Source: Candidatus Eiseniibacteriota bacterium (GTDB taxonomy: Bacteria > Eisenbacteria > RBG-16-71-46 > CAVPCR01). From it: 64,000 nt of DNA. Below, piece by piece: positions 8,758-18,643 of this stretch. Position numbers and translations under genes: made by a program. The first letter of the stretch is position 1; the number at the start of each line of letters is the position of its first letter. Location of the stretch: contig CAWGMA010000001.1 of NCBI GenBank assembly GCA_963823555.1, forward strand, positions 576,001 through 640,000, read 5' to 3'. The notes under the pieces were generated by a model. It saw only the letters and a list, made by a program, of their open reading frames with translations, was not told the DNA's origin and did not search any database.

Positions 8758-10715
8758 TGCGATCGGTGCCGGCCTGGATCCTGATCCTCACCCTGGTCCA
8801 GATCACGTCGGCGGGGGAAGTCCCCGCGGCCGGGGAGGCACCGGCCGCCGCGCTGCCCCCGATCGAACGCTTCCTCGAGATCCGGGGGCAAGCCGGCGGA
8901 GCCATCTCGCCGGACGGGGGCACGATCGCCTATCTCGATCGCGTGACCGGGGTGGCCGAGGCCTGGATGGTCCCGGCCACGGGCGGGTGGCCGGAGCAGC
9001 TCACCTTTTTCGGCGAGCGCGTGGCCTCGATCTCGTGGTCTCCCCATGACCGCCGGCATGTCGTCGTCGAGCGCGATCTGGCGGGCACCGAGCGCCGGCA
9101 GCTGTTCCTCATCGATCCCCAGGGCGGGATGCCGGTGCGCCTGACACATGACGATGGCAGCGTCTACGGTGTCGGCGGCTTCTCGCCCGACGGCCACACC
9201 ATGGCGCTTCGCACCAATCAACGCGATCCGGCCCATTTCGATGTGCATCTCCTCGACCTCGTGACGAGAGCATCGCGCCCCCTGGTCGAGCGGGACCAGT
9301 TCCTCTTTCCCGGGCGATTCTCTCCCGATGGCACAAAGCTCCTCGTCACGCGTGCCATCGGCCCGGATCAGAACCAGCTTCTCCTCGTCGATGTGGCGAC
9401 CGGGGAGGTGACCGCGCTCACGGCCGAGTCCCCGCCGGCCCGTCATTCGGCGCCGCACTGGGCGGCCGACGGGAAGTCGGTTCTGCTGCTCAGCGATCGG
9501 GGTCGGGACAACATGACGCTGGCCCGGCTCGACATCGCCACGCATGAGCTGCGTTTCTTGCGCCAGGATCGCATGGATGCGGAGACCATCGCCGTCTCGG
9601 CGAACGGGCGCTACCTCGCCCTCGTCCTCAACGTCAATGGTCTCTCCGAGGTGGTCCTGCTCGATCTCGGCCGGGGCGAGGCGCCGGTGCTCGAGTCGTC
9701 GCCGGACCTCCCGGTCGGAGTGATCCTCGGTCTCGACTGGACGCCTGACGGCTCCCGCCTGGCGGTGACGATGGCGACGAGCCGCAGTCCGGGCACCGTC
9801 TACGTCTATGACCGCGTGCGACGAGTGCTCACCCAGGTGACGCGGCCGGCCCTGGCCGGTGTCCAGCAGGAGATGATGGTCGACCCCACGGTCGTCAGCT
9901 ACCCCTCCTTCGACGGCCGCACGATCACCGGGCTTCTCTACCGCCCGCGCGAGCCGGCCTCGAACCCGCCACCCTGTGTCGTCCTCGCTCACGGCGGTCC
10001 GACCTCGCAGTCACGACCAGGGTTCAGCGCCATGACGCAGTATTTCACGAGCCGCGGGTGTGTTGTTTTCAAGCCGAACGTGCGCGGCTCGAGCGGATAC
10101 GGACGTGCGTTTCGTGCTCTCGACGATCGGGACAAGCGGGAGGACTCGGTCGCCGATCTGGAGCGCGGCGTGGTTCATCTGGCGCGCGCGGGGGAGATCG
10201 ATTCGACGCGGGTCGGAGTCTACGGTGCGAGCTACGGCGGATACGTGGTGCTGGCCGCGCTCACGCTCTATCCCCAGCGCTTCGCCTGCGGCGTCGATCA
10301 GGTCGGGATCGCCAACTTCGTGACCTTTCTCGAGAACACGGCTTCCTATCGCCGGCCGCACCGCGAGCTCGAGTACGGTTCGCTCGAGACCGACCGGGAG
10401 CTGCTCGAACGGCTGTCTCCGCTCGGACGTGTCGATCGGATCCGGGCTCCGCTCCTCGTCATCCATGGGGCGAACGACCCGCGCGTCCCGGTCGGCGAGG
10501 CCGAGCAGATCGTCGCGGCGCTGAAGGCGCGGGGACTGGCCGTCGAGTTCCTTCGCTTCGAGGATGAGGGCCATGGGGTGGCACGGCGCGAGAACCGGAT
10601 CCGGGCCTACGGTACGGTCGCCCGCTTCCTCTGCGCTCACCTGGGGCTTCCCGTCGACCCGCCGGCCGAGGCGCCCCCGAGCAAGAAGGATGAGGGGAGC
10701 GAAGGCGAGGAATGA
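8757..10715 (+). CDS. S9 family (acylaminoacyl/prolyl oligo)peptidase with beta-propeller, likely exported
   Basis: ATG overlapping the upstream TGA; HGGP, nucleophile GASYGG, 'NDPRV', 'DEGHG'. Confidence 0.9.
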   Translation: MRSVPAWILILTLVQITSAGEVPAAGEAPAAALPPIERFLEIRGQAGGAISPDGGTIAYLDRVTGVAEAWMVPATGGWPEQLTFFGERVASISWSPHDRRHVVVERDLAGTERRQLFLIDPQGGMPVRLTHDDGSVYGVGGFSPDGHTMALRTNQRDPAHFDVHLLDLVTRASRPLVERDQFLFPGRFSPDGTKLLVTRAIGPDQNQLLLVDVATGEVTALTAESPPARHSAPHWAADGKSVLLLSDRGRDNMTLARLDIATHELRFLRQDRMDAETIAVSANGRYLALVLNVNGLSEVVLLDLGRGEAPVLESSPDLPVGVILGLDWTPDGSRLAVTMATSRSPGTVYVYDRVRRVLTQVTRPALAGVQQEMMVDPTVVSYPSFDGRTITGLLYRPREPASNPPPCVVLAHGGPTSQSRPGFSAMTQYFTSRGCVVFKPNVRGSSGYGRAFRALDDRDKREDSVADLERGVVHLARAGEIDSTRVGVYGASYGGYVVLAALTLYPQRFACGVDQVGIANFVTFLENTASYRRPHRELEYGSLETDRELLERLSPLGRVDRIRAPLLVIHGANDPRVPVGEAEQIVAALKARGLAVEFLRFEDEGHGVARRENRIRAYGTVARFLCAHLGLPVDPPAEAPPSKKDEGSEGEE

Positions 10716-11458
10716 GGGCGAGGGGAAGGACAGCGCTCGTCACCGGTTCGACGCGGGGCATCGGGCGGGCCATCGCGGTCCGTCTGGCCAGCGATGGCTA
10801 TCGCGTCGTCGTGCACGGCCGGGACGGCGGGACGCCCACGCCCGATGTCCTCAGCTCCCTCTCCGGGAGCGGGCACGCCTTCGTGGCCGCCGACCTCGCT
10901 GCCGAGGATGCGCCGGAGCGTCTGTTCACCGCGGCCCTCGCTGCCGTCGGGCAACTCGATCTCCTGGTCAATAACGCAGGTATTTACGAAGAAGCGCCAT
11001 TTACCGCCGAGAGCCTCGAGACCTGGCGCCGGGCCTGGCGCCGGACGCTCCGGGTCAATCTCGATGCCGCCGCCGACCTCGCCTTCCTGGCCGCCGCCCA
11101 CATGCGCGGGCGCGGCGGGAAGATCGTCCAGATCGCGTCACGCGCCGCATTCCGGGGCGAGACCACATTCCCTGCCTACGGCGTGTCCAAGGCGGGAATG
11201 GTGAACCTCACCGTGTGCCTGGCGCGAGCGCTGGCCGGAGAGCGGATCTACGCCTACACCGTGGCTCCCGGCTGGACCGATACCGACATGGCCCGGGCGA
11301 GCATGACCGATGAAGCCGAGGTCATGAACCAGATCCCCTTCGGCCGGATGGCGACGCCGGAGGAAGTGGCCTCGGTGGTGGCCTTCCTGGCGCGGGATGA
11401 GGCCGACTACCTGACCGGCATCACGATCGATGTCAACGGGGCCTCCTACTTTCGCTAG
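10712..11458 (+). CDS. SDR family oxidoreductase
   Basis: TGSTRGIG, NNAG, YGVSK, 'VAPGWTDT'. Confidence 0.9.
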   Translation: MRARGRTALVTGSTRGIGRAIAVRLASDGYRVVVHGRDGGTPTPDVLSSLSGSGHAFVAADLAAEDAPERLFTAALAAVGQLDLLVNNAGIYEEAPFTAESLETWRRAWRRTLRVNLDAAADLAFLAAAHMRGRGGKIVQIASRAAFRGETTFPAYGVSKAGMVNLTVCLARALAGERIYAYTVAPGWTDTDMARASMTDEAEVMNQIPFGRMATPEEVASVVAFLARDEADYLTGITIDVNGASYFR

Positions 11459-11539
11459 GCCCATGTGCGCATCGCGCAGTACGCGGAGGGGATTGACAGT
11501 CGGAACCACGTCCGGCATGGTCCCCTGCTCATCGGTCGC

Positions 11540-11862
11540 GCCCGGCCCAGACCCCGCGGTCCAATTCGAGGATCCGTGATGATGTCCACCTCTGCTTCCC
11601 CGACACGATGACGGTGCGTACGATGCTCCGCGAGGGAGGCTATGACGGCGTCCTCATCAGCTTGGAGACCGACAAGCGGACGGAGTCCTGCTACGTCCCG
11701 GGCTCGACGAATCTGGTCCAGACCAGCGGCTGGTGGGATTACTACGGGCGCTATCGAACGACCTACGAGGAGGTCTCGACCCCGGGCTGCACCGAGACGA
11801 CGACGATCCGGGATCTCCGCACCGATATCTGGGCGGCGGCCCGTGCCAAGAGAGTCTTCTGA
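11540..11862 (+). pseudogene. Truncated remnant of a lipoprotein gene (DUF4136-like C-terminal half)
   Basis: 84-aa ORF 'GYDGVLISLETDKRTESCYVPG..WWDYYGRY..TYEEVSTPG..ETTTI..LRTDIW' has no signal peptide and ends abruptly; an out-of-frame 'QFED' fragment lies upstream. Confidence 0.4.
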
Positions 11863-11879
11863 GTCCGCCGTTGGCACCT

Positions 11880-12974
11880 GTGTCGGAATGCTCCGCGGAA
11901 GATCGCCGCCGAATGCGGCGATCGCTCTTGCGGTGGTATGCCCGTGCCGCGCGCGATCTGCCGTGGCGCCGCGAGTCGGATCCCTACCGGATCTGGGTCG
12001 CAGAGATCATGTTGCAGCAAACCCAGGTGGCGACGGTCGTGCCCTTCTACGAGCGGTTTCTCGCCCGCTTCCCAGAGCTCGAGGACCTGGCGTCGGCGGC
12101 CGAGGATGACGTTCTCGCGGCCTGGCAGGGGCTCGGCTACTATCGGCGGGCACGGCAGCTCAAGGCGGCCGCAGAGCTGGTCGTGGCACGCCATGGGGGA
12201 CGGTTTCCCGACGATCTCGATGCGGCCATGGCATTGCCCGGGGTCGGGGCCTACACCGCCGGCGCCGTGCTCTCGATCGCCTACGATCGGCCGCTCCCTG
12301 CCGTGGACGGAAATGCGGACCGAGTCCTGGCGCGGCTCCTGGGCGAGGATCGTCCCCTCGCGATGGCGACGGTCCGTTCGCGTCTCCGCGCCGCCGCCAT
12401 CGCGCTGGTCCCGGAGCAGGGCGCGGGCGACTGGACTCAGGCCCTGATGGAACTCGGAGCGCTCGTCTGCACGCCGTCCCGCCCGGTTTGCCCATCCTGC
12501 CCGGTCGCCGATTTCTGTGTCGCTCGAGCCCTGGGCCGCGTCGATGAAATCCCCGCGCCGAAGCGCAGGAAGTCCCCGCCGCGAGTCGAGGTGGCGGTGG
12601 CGATCGCGGTGAGCCGAGATGATCGCCTGGTCTACGTGCGACGCCCGAAGCGCGGCGTCCTGGCCGGGTTCCTCGAGTTCCCCAGCGCCGACGTGCCCCC
12701 GGGCGCCGATCCCCGTGCCACGCTGGCCCACGCCATCGCCGAGCACGGGGCCACCAGGATCGAGGTAGGGGAGATCCTGGCCCGGGCCGAGCACGTCATG
12801 TTCCATCGCCGGGCCCGCCTCACCGCGTACCGGGTGCGCGCGCGCTGGGTCCTCGATGGGCGAATCCTGGCCTTGACCCGATCGGCGGCCGCGGCGGCGC
12901 CGGTGACGACGGCCAGCCGCAAGCTACTGGCCCTCATCCCTCGCGGGCGCAAGGATCAGAGGGGGAGTCGGTGA
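11880..12974 (+). CDS. mutY: A/G-specific adenine glycosylase (start uncertain, 11880 or 11913)
   Basis: 'RDLPWR', 'EIMLQQTQV', 'WQGLGYYRRAR', HhH 'LPGVGAYTA', 4Fe-4S C-x6-C-x2-C-x5-C. Confidence 0.95.
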   Translation: MSECSAEDRRRMRRSLLRWYARAARDLPWRRESDPYRIWVAEIMLQQTQVATVVPFYERFLARFPELEDLASAAEDDVLAAWQGLGYYRRARQLKAAAELVVARHGGRFPDDLDAAMALPGVGAYTAGAVLSIAYDRPLPAVDGNADRVLARLLGEDRPLAMATVRSRLRAAAIALVPEQGAGDWTQALMELGALVCTPSRPVCPSCPVADFCVARALGRVDEIPAPKRRKSPPRVEVAVAIAVSRDDRLVYVRRPKRGVLAGFLEFPSADVPPGADPRATLAHAIAEHGATRIEVGEILARAEHVMFHRRARLTAYRVRARWVLDGRILALTRSAAAAAPVTTASRKLLALIPRGRKDQRGSR

Positions 12975-14305
12975 TGGGTGACATCGACAGGGAAGAGAGA
13001 GCCGCGCACCGCGTCGTCATTCTCGGCGGCGGTTTCGGTGGCCTGGCCGCAGCCCAGGCGCTGGCTCGCTCGGCGGTCGCGGTGACGCTGGTTGATCGGC
13101 GAAACTTCCACCTCTTCCAGCCTCTGCTCTACCAGGTGGCGACCGGCGCGCTGTCGCCAGGGGATATCGCCACTCCGCTGCGCGCGCTCCTTCGCCACCA
13201 GCGGAACGCCCGAGTCCTGCTCGCCGAAGCTGTCGATCTCGATGCCAGCGGCTGTCGGGTCCTCTTCTCCGATGGCGAGATCGGATACGACTCCCTCATC
13301 GTCGCCTGCGGGTCTCACCACCACTACTTCGGACACGCCGAGTGGGAGAAGCTCGCGCCGGGACTCAAGACCATCGAGGACGCAACCGAGATCCGCCGCC
13401 GCTTGCTCCTCGCGTTCGAGGCCGCCGAGCGGGAGCCGGACCCGGCACGGCGTGCCGAGTGGCTCACCTTCGTCATCGTCGGCGGCGGGCCGACGGGCGT
13501 CGAACTGGCGGGAGCACTCGCCGAGATCGCCCAGCACACGCTGCGCGAGGAGTTTCGCCGCAGCGATCCCCGAGCGGCCCGCATCCTGCTCGTCGAAGGG
13601 GACGACCGCCTGTTGCCGTCCTACCCGGCTGAGCTCTCCGGTCAAGCCGAGGCATCGCTCGCGCGGCTGGGAGTCGAGGTGCGCAGGCAGACGCTGGTAA
13701 CGGGGGTCGACCCGGCGCAGGTGGTGCTCAAGCGCGGGGAGGAGCATGAGGTCATCAGGGCTCGCACCGTGCTGTGGGGAGCCGGCGTGGCGGCCTCGGG
13801 ATTTGGGCGGGTGCTCGCCGAGCGAGCCGCGGCCGCTCTTGATCGCGGCGGTCGCGTTGTCGTCGGGCCGGATCTCACGGTGCCGGGGCATCCCGAGATC
13901 TTCGTTATCGGCGACCTGGCGAGCGCCGCCCCCGAGGGTGGGAATCCACTGCCGGGTGTCGCGCAGGTGGCCATCCAGGAGGGCCGGTACGTGGCCGAGG
14001 TGGTGCATGCCCGCGTGGGTGAGGCGCCGGCGCCGGCGCCTTTCCGCTACCGCGATCGCGGTAACATGGCGGTGATCGGGCGCGGTGCCGGGGTTGCCGA
14101 ACTGGGCCGCGTTCGCCTGCATGGATGGCTGGCCTGGCTGGCCTGGCTCTTCGTTCATCTCATGGCGCTTGTCGATTTCGAGAACCGGCTCCTGGTCTTC
14201 ATCCAGTGGGCCTGGAACTACTTCACCTGGAACCGCGGTGCCCGTCTGATCACGGGTGAAAGCCCCTTCCCGCTGCGGCAGAAGGGCGATGGAGGAAGCG
14301 ACTGA
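12974..14305 (+). CDS. ndh: Type II NADH:quinone oxidoreductase
   Basis: GGGFGG, 'FQPLLYQVAT', 'GGGPTGVELAG', 'AQVAIQEG'. Confidence 0.93.
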   Translation: MGDIDREERAAHRVVILGGGFGGLAAAQALARSAVAVTLVDRRNFHLFQPLLYQVATGALSPGDIATPLRALLRHQRNARVLLAEAVDLDASGCRVLFSDGEIGYDSLIVACGSHHHYFGHAEWEKLAPGLKTIEDATEIRRRLLLAFEAAEREPDPARRAEWLTFVIVGGGPTGVELAGALAEIAQHTLREEFRRSDPRAARILLVEGDDRLLPSYPAELSGQAEASLARLGVEVRRQTLVTGVDPAQVVLKRGEEHEVIRARTVLWGAGVAASGFGRVLAERAAAALDRGGRVVVGPDLTVPGHPEIFVIGDLASAAPEGGNPLPGVAQVAIQEGRYVAEVVHARVGEAPAPAPFRYRDRGNMAVIGRGAGVAELGRVRLHGWLAWLAWLFVHLMALVDFENRLLVFIQWAWNYFTWNRGARLITGESPFPLRQKGDGGSD

Positions 14306-15159
14306 TGCGTTGGCAATCCGGAAGACGCAGCCAGAATGTCGAAGATCGCCGCGGCATGGCGCCGCGGGCCATGGTGGGTGGCGGGCTGGGGCTCCTCCTC
14401 GTGATCCTGCTGGCCCTCATCTTTGGTGCCGACCCGCAATCCCTCCTCGAGCAGGTGGCCGTCCAGGAACCCGCCCCGGGGCTGGCGCCGAGCACGAGCC
14501 CCGGAGAAGACCCGATGGCCGATTTCATATCGGTGGTGCTCGGTGATACGGAGGATGTGTGGCGGGATCTCTTCGCCCGCCAGGGTTACGTCTATCGCGA
14601 GCCGACGCTCGTTCTCTTCACCGGCCAGGTGCAGTCCGCCTGCGGCTACGCCAGCGCCGCCGTCGGTCCCTTCTACTGCCCGTACGACGAGAAGTTGTAC
14701 ATCGACCTGCGCTTCTATCAAGATCTACGCGATCGCTTCCGTGCCCCCGGGGACTTTGCTCAGGCCTATGTCATCGCGCACGAGGTCGGCCATCATGTAC
14801 AGAATCTGCTCGGAATCTCCGAGCGGGTGCAGTCGGCCCGCGGCCGGGTGAGTGCGGAAGAAGCGAATCAGCTCTCGGTGAAGCTCGAATTGCAGGCCGA
14901 TTTCCTCGCCGGCGTGTGGGCTCATCACGCGCAGCGGGCGCGCAACATACTCGAAGCCGGCGACATCGAGGAGGGGCTCAGGGCGGCGAGCGCGATCGGC
15001 GACGATCGCTTGCAGATGCAGACACAAGGCTACGTGGTTCCGGAGTCCTTCACCCACGGCACGTCCGAGCAACGCGTCTACTGGTTCCGGCGCGGACTCG
15101 AGAGCGGCGACCTCCAGCAGGGCGACACCTTCAACGCCCCTGAGTTGAATCCGTCCTAG
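14305..15159 (+). CDS. YpfJ-like neutral zinc metallopeptidase
   Basis: 'SQNVEDRRG', 'GPFYCP', HEVGHH, 'ELQAD', 'FTHGTSEQR'. Confidence 0.92.
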   Translation: MRWQSGRRSQNVEDRRGMAPRAMVGGGLGLLLVILLALIFGADPQSLLEQVAVQEPAPGLAPSTSPGEDPMADFISVVLGDTEDVWRDLFARQGYVYREPTLVLFTGQVQSACGYASAAVGPFYCPYDEKLYIDLRFYQDLRDRFRAPGDFAQAYVIAHEVGHHVQNLLGISERVQSARGRVSAEEANQLSVKLELQADFLAGVWAHHAQRARNILEAGDIEEGLRAASAIGDDRLQMQTQGYVVPESFTHGTSEQRVYWFRRGLESGDLQQGDTFNAPELNPS

Positions 15160-15174
15160 ATCAATCCCGGCGCT

Positions 15175-16245
15175 CTACACGCTGAAGCGCACCGTCATCA
15201 CATCCCCGTCGGCAAGGACGTATTCCTTGCCCTCGAGGCGGAGGATGCCGCGCTTCTTGCACGCATCGAGCGACCCGCAGGCCATCAGGTGCTCGTAGCT
15301 CACCACCTCGGCGCGGATGAACCCGCGCTCGAGGTCGGAGTGGATCTCCCCGGCGGCGGCTTGCGCCACCGTCCCCGCTTCGATGGTCCACGCCCGCACG
15401 TCCTGATCGCCGATCGTGAAGAAGGAGATGAGGCCCAGGAGCCCGTAGCAAGCGTGGACCAGACGGTCGAGCGCCGATTCGGTGATCCCGAGGTCGGCGA
15501 GGAAGGCGGGGCGCTCCTCCTCCGGCAACGCGGCGATCTCCTCCTCGATCTTGGCGGCCACCAGGAGCGGAGGATCCTCGCCCCAGAGCTCGGCAATGCG
15601 CTCGGACTCGGGCATTCGATCCTCGCTGACGTTCACCAGACGCAGGAGCGGCTTCTGCGTGAGCAGCTGGAAACCGCCGAGCATGGTTCTCTCCTCGGGG
15701 GTCAGCTCGAGCCGGCGCAGCGGGGTGCTGTCGCCGAGCGCCACTTCACAGCGCTGGAGGAGCGCATCCTCGCGCTCGTCTTCGGGTCGTTTTCCCTTCT
15801 TCATCTGCCGGCCGAGGCGTTCACGGCGGCTTTCGACGATGACGAGATCGCCGACCAGCATCTCGGTCTCCATGAGCTCGGCGTCGGCGCGCCAGGCGCG
15901 CACCTGATCGGCGAGATCAGCGGGCTGGTCGGTGAAGCCCCCGATCACCTCGAGCAGGGCGCGCGAGTTCTTGATGTGGACGAGGATCGATCCCGGCACG
16001 CCGTGCCCGCGTTCGCGCCGCAAGTCCAGCCCCGGCACGTCGAGATACTCGATCGTCGCCGGCGTGCGCTTGGCGCGCGGATAGAGGGCGTGTAGGCGGT
16101 CGAGGCGTGGATCGGGAACGCGCACGACCGAGTGGGCGACCGGCCCCCCGCCGGCCGGCGGCGCGCCCGTGCCGGAGTAAGCGGCCAGGGTGCGGAATAA
16201 CGTCGTCTTTCCCGTCCACGGCAGGCCGATGATCGCGATCTGCAT
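15175..16245 (-). CDS. ychF: YchF-like Obg-family ATPase (divergent)
   Basis: GLPWTGKTT, 'VPDPRL', 'NVSE', 'EIHSDLERGFIRAEV', 'RLEGKEY..DGD'. Confidence 0.85.
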   Translation of the reverse strand: MQIAIIGLPWTGKTTLFRTLAAYSGTGAPPAGGGPVAHSVVRVPDPRLDRLHALYPRAKRTPATIEYLDVPGLDLRRERGHGVPGSILVHIKNSRALLEVIGGFTDQPADLADQVRAWRADAELMETEMLVGDLVIVESRRERLGRQMKKGKRPEDEREDALLQRCEVALGDSTPLRRLELTPEERTMLGGFQLLTQKPLLRLVNVSEDRMPESERIAELWGEDPPLLVAAKIEEEIAALPEEERPAFLADLGITESALDRLVHACYGLLGLISFFTIGDQDVRAWTIEAGTVAQAAAGEIHSDLERGFIRAEVVSYEHLMACGSLDACKKRGILRLEGKEYVLADGDVMTVRFSV

Positions 16246-16270
16246 GGCATCCCATCTTGAAGAGGCTTGC

Positions 16271-16299
16271 TTGACACCCCGAGGGCCCGATTCTAGCAT
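16271..16299 (+). promoter_or_regulatory. sigma70-type promoter for the LytS/LytTR operon
   Basis: TTGACA-17nt-TAGCAT. Confidence 0.65.
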
Positions 16300-16372
16300 C
16301 CGTGGCGGAGCGTCACGACCGTCCGGAAGCGGCGTCCAGCCAAGAAGTGGGTCCCGGTCTCCAGATCATTCC

Positions 16373-17731
16373 ATGCGCGAAGTCACTCTCACCGGCGATC
16401 AGTTCATCCTCGTCCTGGCCCTGGTCAAGCTGGGGGTGATGGCGAGCCTCACCAGCTTTCTGGTCCGATCGCGGCGTTTCGCCGGTGCGCTCTTCACCAG
16501 CCGGCGAACGGTGGGCACCCAGGCCATCATCGCCCTCTGGCTGGGTGTTCCCTTCATGCTGGGGAGCCTCCTCCGCGTGATCCTCAACTACCAGGCTCTC
16601 GACCTGAGTCTCGAGGGTGCGTACGTGGCCGGGCTCGTGGGCGGCATCCACCCCGGGCTCCTGGTCGGTGCCCTGGTCGGGGCGCCGGGTCTCGTCCGCG
16701 GGGAGTGGCTGGCGCTCCCGGCCATGGTCACGGTCGGCGCCGTCGGTGGCCTCGTGGGTCGCGGGCGGCTCCTGGGAGAATCGATCTGGGAGTTCTCGCC
16801 GATCCCGCCGCTCGATGTCTACCAGACGCTCCGCCGCGCGGTCACCGGCCACGGTCTCGACCCGCGGGGAATCCTCACCGGGACCGCCCTCGTCCTCTGC
16901 ATCGCCCGCGACTCGGTCAGCAGCCTGAAACCGAACTGGCTCTACAGCGTCCAGCCCGACCACGTCGGCACGCGGATCGCCGTGTGGGCCGGGGTACTCT
17001 CCGCCATCGGCATTGCCATCAAGGTCTTCAACTCGGAGCGCATGGAGACCAAGCTCGAGGACCAGGCGCGGCTCCTTGCCCAGGCGCGTTACGATGCCCT
17101 TCGCAGCCAGATCAATCCGCACTTCCTCTTCAACACGCTCAACTCGATCAGTTCATCGATCCGTACCAACTCGGATCGTGCGCGGGAGATGATCGTCAAG
17201 CTGTCGGCCATTCTCCGCAGAGCTCTCGAGCCTCACGAAGATCTGGTTCCCCTCCGGGACGAGCTCCAGTTCATCGATGACTATCTCGACATCGAGACCG
17301 TGCGCTTCGGTCCGCATATGCTGCGGGTCGTCAAGGAAATCGACCCGTCCTTGCTCGGGGTTCCGGTGCCATCGATGATGCTGCAACCGCTGGTCGAAAA
17401 CGCGATCAAACATGGCATAGCCGCCTCGCTCAAGGGTGGCACCATCCTGATTCGTGCCGAACGCCAGGATGGCCAGCTCCTCCTGACGATTGCCGATGAC
17501 GGGGTGGGGATGCCGATCGAACGCGCGTCGGAGGTCCTCACGCGAGGTATCGGCGTGCGCAACGTGAACGAGCGGCTGCGCGTGATGTACGGTCCGGACC
17601 ACGGTCTCGAGCTCACCAGTCGCCCCGGGTTGGGCACCGAGGTGCGCATTGCCATCCCGACCAGCGAAGCGGTCCAGGGGAGCGTACGTGGCGGCGAGCC
17701 GGCGAACGGATCCCCGATCCGAGCCCGTTGA
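16373..17731 (+). CDS. LytS-family membrane sensor histidine kinase
   Basis: N-terminal TMs; 'LRSQINPHFLFNTLN', 'QPLVENAIKHG', 'DDGVG', 'GIGVRNVNERL'. Confidence 0.92.
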   Translation: MREVTLTGDQFILVLALVKLGVMASLTSFLVRSRRFAGALFTSRRTVGTQAIIALWLGVPFMLGSLLRVILNYQALDLSLEGAYVAGLVGGIHPGLLVGALVGAPGLVRGEWLALPAMVTVGAVGGLVGRGRLLGESIWEFSPIPPLDVYQTLRRAVTGHGLDPRGILTGTALVLCIARDSVSSLKPNWLYSVQPDHVGTRIAVWAGVLSAIGIAIKVFNSERMETKLEDQARLLAQARYDALRSQINPHFLFNTLNSISSSIRTNSDRAREMIVKLSAILRRALEPHEDLVPLRDELQFIDDYLDIETVRFGPHMLRVVKEIDPSLLGVPVPSMMLQPLVENAIKHGIAASLKGGTILIRAERQDGQLLLTIADDGVGMPIERASEVLTRGIGVRNVNERLRVMYGPDHGLELTSRPGLGTEVRIAIPTSEAVQGSVRGGEPANGSPIRAR

Positions 17732-17754
17732 CTCCGGCCTACCAGGAGGTCTTC

Positions 17755-18564
17755 ATGCGCACGCGCAACGAAACGGCGGACACGACCCAACCCATCACCC
17801 GGCTGCGGGTCGTCGTTGTCGATGATGAGCCACTTGCCCGCGAGGAGCTCGTGCACCTCCTGGCCAGCTTTCCCGAGATCGAAGTGGTGGGCGAAGCGCA
17901 GAACGGTGTTGAGGCGGAGGCGCTCATCGAGCGCCTGCGGCCGCACATCGCCTTTCTCGACATCAAGATGCCGGGGGCCGACGGGTTCCAGGTGGTCAAG
18001 AACCTCGATCGCCGGCAGATCGCTCCCCAGATCATCTTCGTGACCGCCTACGATCAGTATGCCATCCGGGCCTTCGAGGTGAGCGCCACCGACTACCTCC
18101 TCAAGCCGGTCGAGAAGAAGCGGCTCAAGGCGGCCATCGAGAAGGTCAAGGGCCGCCTCGGTCAGGTCGATGCCGGCGCTCCCGATCTGGAAGCCCTGAT
18201 CGGGGTCCTCAGCCGGCGCGGCGAGCACTTGAAGCGGATCCCGGTGCGGCGCGGAGAACGGCTGGGGCTCATCGATTCCGAGTCCATCGTCTACGCCTAT
18301 ATCGCCGACGGCACGGTGTATGCCGTCACCCAGACGGCCAGTGAGGTGACCGGCTACCGGACGCTGGAAGAGCTGGAGGCCGATCTCGACCCGGATGTCT
18401 TCATCCGCGTGCATCGCAGCTATCTCGCCAACATCAACAAGGTCGTCGAGATCATTCCATGGTTCTCGGGCACCTACCGCTTGAAGACGGCCGACAAGAC
18501 CGGCACCGAGATCCCGCTGTCCCGGGCTCAGGCCAAGCGCCTGCGCCGTCTCCTCAAGTGGTGA
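17755..18564 (+). CDS. LytTR-family response regulator
   Basis: VDDEPLAR, 'LDIKMPG', 'FIRVHRSYLAN', 'IPLSR'; RBS AGGAGG. Confidence 0.93.
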   Translation: MRTRNETADTTQPITRLRVVVVDDEPLAREELVHLLASFPEIEVVGEAQNGVEAEALIERLRPHIAFLDIKMPGADGFQVVKNLDRRQIAPQIIFVTAYDQYAIRAFEVSATDYLLKPVEKKRLKAAIEKVKGRLGQVDAGAPDLEALIGVLSRRGEHLKRIPVRRGERLGLIDSESIVYAYIADGTVYAVTQTASEVTGYRTLEELEADLDPDVFIRVHRSYLANINKVVEIIPWFSGTYRLKTADKTGTEIPLSRAQAKRLRRLLKW

Positions 18565-18586
18565 GATCGGAGCCTGCCGGCCAAGC

Positions 18587-18620
18587 GAAAGGGCTCGCTG
18601 CTCGAGCAGCGAGCCCTTTC
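18587..18620. terminator. Perfect 34-bp palindrome; probable bidirectional terminator between convergent genes
   Basis: GAAAGGGCTCGCTGCTCGAGCAGCGAGCCCTTTC equals its own reverse complement. Confidence 0.75.
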
Positions 18621-18643
18621 TCGTTCCTGGGTTCGGCCTGACT

